A model generated the notes under the pieces. The model was not told the DNA's origin. It did not search any database and saw nothing but the letters and a program-made list of their open reading frames with translations. A stretch of 64,000 nt of DNA, taken from contig OZ244653.1 in NCBI GenBank assembly GCA_965218795.1, positions 3,200,001 through 3,264,000 on the forward strand, read 5' to 3'. Shown one piece after another: positions 59,449 to 64,000 of the stretch; position 1 is the first letter of the stretch; every line of letters starts with the position of its first letter. The position numbers were made by a program, and so were the translations under genes. This DNA comes from a bacterium. GTDB lineage: Bacteria; UBA8248; JACPRG01; G963555815.

Positions 59449-60072
59449 TTAGTCGGGTTCCTGAGCGCTCTGTGGGTGATGTCCGTTTGTCCTTGGGCAG
59501 ATATGGCCCTGCGGATCGATGGGTTGATTGCAAAGGGGGCAGATGGGGCGGCCTCCCATGCAGACCTCCTGGGCCTGCTGGCACATCTCCGAAAGGATGT
59601 CCCGATTGGCTTGAAAGCTGACGGTCGGCTCGACGCTCGACAGGGCCTCTTCCAGACGGTCGCCCGCCTCCGGATCTTCGCCCTCTTTTTCATCCAGCTC
59701 TTCCTCGGAGGCCTCGGCCGCCGCTTCCAGCGTCTCCGTGATGGAATCCACATCGTGGACCAAAAAGACAAACTGGTCGCTTTCCTGATCGTAACCCATA
59801 CCCATCCGACCGATCTTGATCTCCAAGGCCCGATACGCTTCATCCGATATGCGCTCGGATCCGGCTGAGAGGGTTCCGCGGTTGGAAGGGGTCACGCTGA
59901 GCATCCGCTCGATGGAGATCGCAAGGTTGTAGAGCTGCTCCTTTTCGAGCCAGAGGCAGGCGCCTCCCATGCTGGCATCGACCAGGAGGCGAAATGTCCT
60001 TTTCCCGGGATAACCGATGGCTTCAGCCTTGAAGACCTTCACCTGGCCCAAATCATGCTGTGCTTCGCTCAT
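59449..60072 (-). CDS. DUF3090 family protein
   Basis: AIGYPGKRTF, LEKEQL, GRPICPLCNQPIDPQGHICPRTNGH. Confidence 0.88.
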   Translation of the reverse strand: MSEAQHDLGQVKVFKAEAIGYPGKRTFRLLVDASMGGACLWLEKEQLYNLAISIERMLSVTPSNRGTLSAGSERISDEAYRALEIKIGRMGMGYDQESDQFVFLVHDVDSITETLEAAAEASEEELDEKEGEDPEAGDRLEEALSSVEPTVSFQANRDILSEMCQQAQEVCMGGRPICPLCNQPIDPQGHICPRTNGHHPQSAQEPD

Positions 60073-60252
60073 ATCTCTTGACTGAATGGAGTTGTCCAGC
60101 GGACGGAAGAAACGGGTTCTCCCGATTTCCTCGGCTTATACCCCACCGGGAGGCGCTTGTAAACGAGTCCGCACGCGAGTTGATCTACGATATCCCTTAT
60201 TTCGCTCATCATCCCAGGCCCTGGGATTCCGCCCCAGGGTCCCCGCCTGTTC

Positions 60253-61101
60253 CTATAGCGGAAACCGCGTTAATCGGAAAAGATTCCGGCTCATCAGCTC
60301 GCCGACGAGTACGGTCATCATGCCAATGTAAAAAAAACCTGTCGCTGTCCGCGTCGCATGCATTCGAAGGCTGATGATGATCACCAAGGCGACGAGAAAC
60401 GTCCCGATCAACCCGACGATCACCCTGCCCCAGAATTCCATGCCCCACTGGGTCAGGAAGACATTTCCGCCCCAGACCATCTGAACCTGCTCCGGCGTGA
60501 ACTCGTTCATGACGAGGGTCAAGAGGGCGGTCCCCTGACCCAGGAGAACCGCCAGGAGAAGCCAGGTGAACCGCCAGAGCGGGCGCAGCGGCAGGTCGGG
60601 TTTCACCAGGTAGTAATGCCCCAAGAGCATGCCCGTGAAGACCGTCCCCAACGCCAGGGTCGAAAGTACAAAATTCACCGGGAGGAGACCGGCCTGAAAG
60701 GAGGTCATCCCCGCTTCCCGGACCGCGATGGAGTTGTTCAGAATCGAGAAGACCCCAACCGCCGTGGCTGCGGTCAAGGTTCCTCTCGTCGCTCCATCGC
60801 TCCAACGGTACAGCGAGAGGAGATACAGCATCGTCAGAAAAGCGAATATGACCATCGCTCCGAATTCCCGGCCTTTCCACGTAGCCCACAGCGAAGATCC
60901 AAAAAGCGAGAGGAACCCCGTGTACTCCGGCGGCCGGGAAGCGACCCACCAATGAAGCAAGGCGAGAACAACGAAAATCCATGCGCAGGTCTTGAAGAAA
61001 CCCCTGCCGAGCACGCGAAGAGGAATGAACGCAAGCAGGCCCACACTCCCCACCAGGAACTGGGCAAAGGTAATGGAAAACATCTCTCGAATGACATCCA
61101 T
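60253..61101 (-). CDS. Polytopic membrane protein of unknown function
   Basis: About 8 TM segments; GMLLGHYYLV and ATGFFY motifs. Confidence 0.7.
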   Translation of the reverse strand: MDVIREMFSITFAQFLVGSVGLLAFIPLRVLGRGFFKTCAWIFVVLALLHWWVASRPPEYTGFLSLFGSSLWATWKGREFGAMVIFAFLTMLYLLSLYRWSDGATRGTLTAATAVGVFSILNNSIAVREAGMTSFQAGLLPVNFVLSTLALGTVFTGMLLGHYYLVKPDLPLRPLWRFTWLLLAVLLGQGTALLTLVMNEFTPEQVQMVWGGNVFLTQWGMEFWGRVIVGLIGTFLVALVIIISLRMHATRTATGFFYIGMMTVLVGELMSRNLFRLTRFPL

Positions 61102-61165
61102 GGCCGAACGTCCAACTCAGTGAGCGAAGGATGGAACCTTCCGTGCGCCCCGCGCGAAAGCCGAT

Positions 61166-61570
61166 CTAATGGTCGGGGTTTTCGCCCTCGATGGGTTTTG
61201 AGATCTCCATGACGTATCCGTCCGGATCCTGCAACAGGAACATTCGGGTCCCCCAAGGCATCGACATCGGCTCGCAGATGAAGCTGACGTCGTGCTCTTT
61301 CAGTCGCTGGTATTCCGAATCGACATCGTCGGTGCGCAAGGTCAGGATGGATCCCCAGCCCCGTTCGCCGGGCTCCGGGTTGATTTTCCATTTCCGGAAC
61401 TCGTCCTGGGACAGATCTTCATGGATGACGACGTTGAAGCCGCCGACCTCGAACCGGGCATCCTGATCCCCTTCCCGCGCGACGGGGATGCCCAGGACAT
61501 CTCTGTAAAAGCCCACGGAGCGCTGTAAGTTCTTCACAAACAGAAATAAGGTCGAAACGCCGGTAATCAT
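61166..61570 (-). CDS. VOC/glyoxalase family protein
   Basis: LFVKNLQRSVGFYRDVLG, DDVD, MPWG.R, QDPDGYVMEI. Confidence 0.9.
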   Translation of the reverse strand: MITGVSTLFLFVKNLQRSVGFYRDVLGIPVAREGDQDARFEVGGFNVVIHEDLSQDEFRKWKINPEPGERGWGSILTLRTDDVDSEYQRLKEHDVSFICEPMSMPWGTRMFLLQDPDGYVMEISKPIEGENPDH

Positions 61571-61649
61571 TCTTCCGCCTCCCTCCGGACGTCAAAACCG
61601 AAATCAACGAGACGGCATCGCGAGAGTTCGTCGATTCGGCAGGTCTCCC

Positions 61650-62420
61650 TCAGGATACCTTCCTCGCCATGAACGACAAGTGACACTTTCGGGTCAACTC
61701 CCGGCCTCCATTTCTCAGATAGTCACGCAACCCATTCGCCCTTTGCTCGTTCAAGGTCCAGCCGTCAGGTTGCCGGGCCCGGTTGAGCAACACCCGTTCA
61801 GCCTCCGCAGAGGAATCGAAGACCAGCACCTCTTCTTCCACCCTGCCTCGATCCACGCGAAATTCGGCCTGGGTCAGCCGGCCCACAATCGTCTCCGCCG
61901 AGTAAGCAAAACGCGACGGAATCCCCGTTTCGCTCCATTGATCGGGATGGAGGGCGACCCCGGCAAACACCGAACCCTCTCCCAGGGCCCGGCCCGCCCG
62001 CTCAATCATCGGATCAGACATGCAAAGATGAGCCGTGACGACATCCGGCCGGCCCCCCCACTGCGGCTCGTCATATTCGACCGTCTCGACGTCGGCAACG
62101 GCGAAGAAGATATTAGCCGACTTCTCCTTCGCCGCCTTTTCCCCAGCCCGCCGGATCGCTTGTTCATCCCGATCCAGCCCCCCGATTCTTTCGGCGTGAG
62201 GCGAAAGCGCAAAGGTCAGTTTTCCGTCTCCGCAGCCCAGATCGAGTACATGTTTTCCGCTGAGCCCTTCCTCGGTCAGCCAGCTCAAAAATGCAGGACT
62301 GAGATCCGAATGCTTCGAATTCGAGCGGAGGTCCGGGGGATAAGGAATTCTTTTTGTGTCCCGCTCGAAAACCGCGTGCGGGTTCGCCGACGGACCCGGC
62401 GCTGGCGGGGCGTCCCTCAC
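61650..62420 (-). CDS. Class I SAM-dependent methyltransferase
   Basis: VLDLGCGDG motif I, GLD, VADVE. Confidence 0.8.
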   Translation of the reverse strand: MRDAPPAPGPSANPHAVFERDTKRIPYPPDLRSNSKHSDLSPAFLSWLTEEGLSGKHVLDLGCGDGKLTFALSPHAERIGGLDRDEQAIRRAGEKAAKEKSANIFFAVADVETVEYDEPQWGGRPDVVTAHLCMSDPMIERAGRALGEGSVFAGVALHPDQWSETGIPSRFAYSAETIVGRLTQAEFRVDRGRVEEEVLVFDSSAEAERVLLNRARQPDGWTLNEQRANGLRDYLRNGGRELTRKCHLSFMARKVS

Positions 62421-62977
62421 CCTGCGAGCCCGAGCTTCTCGGAGTTCGCTCTCATGGCGTCCAAGACGGTTTGCAGGTGCTCATCCAGAGGAACGCCCAG
62501 GTCTTCTGTCGCATGTTCAATCTGTTCCCGGTTGACGCCTTTCGCAAACGCCTTGTCTTTCCATTTTTTCTTGATGGATTTGATTTTCATGTCGGAGATG
62601 TCTTTCATGGGTCGGACCAGAACGCAGGCCGTAATCAGCCCCACCAGCTCGTCCACCGCGAAGAGGGTCTTTGCGAGATTCGTCGCCCGGGGGACGTTCA
62701 AATACTCCGCGTGTCCCTTGATGGCCTCCAGCCCCTCTTCGGGGAACCCCTTTTCCTCCAGCACCTTGACCCCCACCATGGGATGCTCCTCCAGCGAGGG
62801 GTGTTTCTCGTAATCCAGATCATGCATCAGGCCCACGATTCCCCAGAATTCCTCGTCCTCCCCGTACATGCGGGCGTAGGCGCGCATGGCGCTCTCCACC
62901 GCCAACGCATGCTTCCTGAGATTTTCGCTTTGGGTCCATTCGTGAAGAAGGGCCTCGGCCTCGGCCCGGGTCATCAT
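62417..62977 (-). CDS. HD-domain phosphohydrolase
   Basis: LRKHALAVE, GLMHDLDYE, AIKGH, AVDELVG, FAKGVNR. Confidence 0.9.
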   Translation of the reverse strand: MMTRAEAEALLHEWTQSENLRKHALAVESAMRAYARMYGEDEEFWGIVGLMHDLDYEKHPSLEEHPMVGVKVLEEKGFPEEGLEAIKGHAEYLNVPRATNLAKTLFAVDELVGLITACVLVRPMKDISDMKIKSIKKKWKDKAFAKGVNREQIEHATEDLGVPLDEHLQTVLDAMRANSEKLGLAG

Positions 62978-63756
62978 CGTCTGCCGCCTCCTCGGAATAA
63001 ATCTTCGTCCTTCGTCCGGAAAAGAACGTGAGCGCCCACTTCGCCCTTCTCGAATTTCAGTCCCCGTATGAGGACGGCCGGCCGGCCCTCCGCCGTCTGA
63101 CCCATCAATAGGGAAGCCGCGGCCGCGGCCTCGTCCGCCTGGGCCACGATGGTGACCTCCAGCCGCCGGCCGAAAAGATCCCGCTGACCCCTGCGATCCA
63201 ATAACGGCGCAATTCCAGCCGCCCCGATAGCTACGCCCGCGACCCCCCGACGGAATGGCCGTCCGTGGGTGTCGGCGACAATAACGCCGACCTCGGCATC
63301 CGCGCGTTCCCGGATCCCGTCGCGAATCTCTCGGGCCGATCGATCCGAGTCCTCCGGCAGCAGGACGACGGTGTCTTCTCCCTGCGAACCTTCTGCGGTG
63401 TTGGAGTGGTCCACGCCGGCGTTTGCGCAGACGACGCCCGTGCGGTGTTCCATCACCAGGGCCGCCCTGGATGCCAGGACCACTTCGTTGGACTCACGGA
63501 GAACGACTTCCACCAAACGGGGGTCGCGATCCGTCGCGGCCGCCAGTTCCCGGGCCCGTTCCGACGGCTCCACCTGCGACAGCCGGATCCAACGGCCTTC
63601 CGCTTTGGAGATGATTTTCTGGGCCACAACCAGGACGTCTCCCGTGAGGAATTCCATGCGGGCCGTGGCCGCCGAACGGCACAGAATCTCCACGAGATCG
63701 TCACCCGGCCGAACGGCGGGGATATCCGGCAGGGCCCAGCATTGATAGCCGTTCAC
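62974..63756 (-). CDS. cofE: Coenzyme F420-0:L-glutamate ligase
   Basis: IPAVRPGDDL, DVLVVAQKIISKAEGR, CANAGVDHSN, LLPEDSDRSA, DTHGRPFRRG, DLFGR.L.VT. Confidence 0.93.
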   Translation of the reverse strand: MNGYQCWALPDIPAVRPGDDLVEILCRSAATARMEFLTGDVLVVAQKIISKAEGRWIRLSQVEPSERARELAAATDRDPRLVEVVLRESNEVVLASRAALVMEHRTGVVCANAGVDHSNTAEGSQGEDTVVLLPEDSDRSAREIRDGIRERADAEVGVIVADTHGRPFRRGVAGVAIGAAGIAPLLDRRGQRDLFGRRLEVTIVAQADEAAAAASLLMGQTAEGRPAVLIRGLKFEKGEVGAHVLFRTKDEDLFRGGGRR

Positions 63757-64000
63757 GACGGCACCACAGGTCCCGAGGCCAGGGTCAAGGCCAGCCTTTT
63801 CCGCGTCGCCGCATCCAGGGCGCCTTGGAGCGCGTCGAAATCCTCCGGCAGGTCGACGTCCAATGCCAACCCCGTCGCCGTATACGTCTGAAAGTCGACG
63901 CCTTTTTCCTCCGCCTGGTTCCGGTGTCTGGCGAAACTATCCGTACCGTACGCAGGCGAGATGACATGGGGCGGATCGAGCAGCAAAGCGTTCGTCCCGT
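63753..64000 (-). CDS. cofC: 2-phospho-L-lactate/PEP guanylyltransferase, 3' part only
   Basis: GTNALLL, YGTDSFARH, LALDVDLPEDF; 4-bp overlap with cofE start. Confidence 0.85.
   Translation of the reverse strand, partial: GTNALLLDPPHVISPAYGTDSFARHRNQAEEKGVDFQTYTATGLALDVDLPEDFDALQGALDAATRKRLALTLASGPVVPS

Overview
GC-rich bacterial chromosomal window. The lineage cannot be fixed from sequence alone, but it is an aerobe with an A-type heme-copper oxidase and F420 biosynthesis genes. Left to right: a cytochrome c oxidase cluster (cupredoxin-like gene, coxB, coxA, partial ctaA) behind a Rex/CRP-like palindrome, then an accessory zone at about 4.9-28.6 kb. That zone holds a decayed dual-OB/DUF488/DUF488 triad, a DUF1302-DUF1329-YCF48-RND cluster, pseudogene debris, two arrays of composite palindromic repeats, two 59-bp attC-like sites around low-GC cassette-like genes, and a type I-like RM locus (hsdR, GxxExxY nuclease, fused hsdM-S). 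After it come metabolic and housekeeping genes: two Mo-hydroxylase large subunits, tandem enamidase-like genes, ino1, SCO, TlpA, Lon-type protease, galU, DUF3090/SCO1664, cofE and partial cofC. The most striking observation is a family of palindromes built from 9-nt units (ACATGGATG-NACAGGATG-NACAGGAT...inverse). They bracket the GxxExxY gene, form a tandem array beside it, and are inserted in frame twice inside the methyltransferase gene. This suggests a nuclease-plus-repeat mobile or editing system, which is inference. No rRNA, tRNA, CRISPR array, integrase or transposase was recognised. All calls are by eye from motifs; no searches were run.
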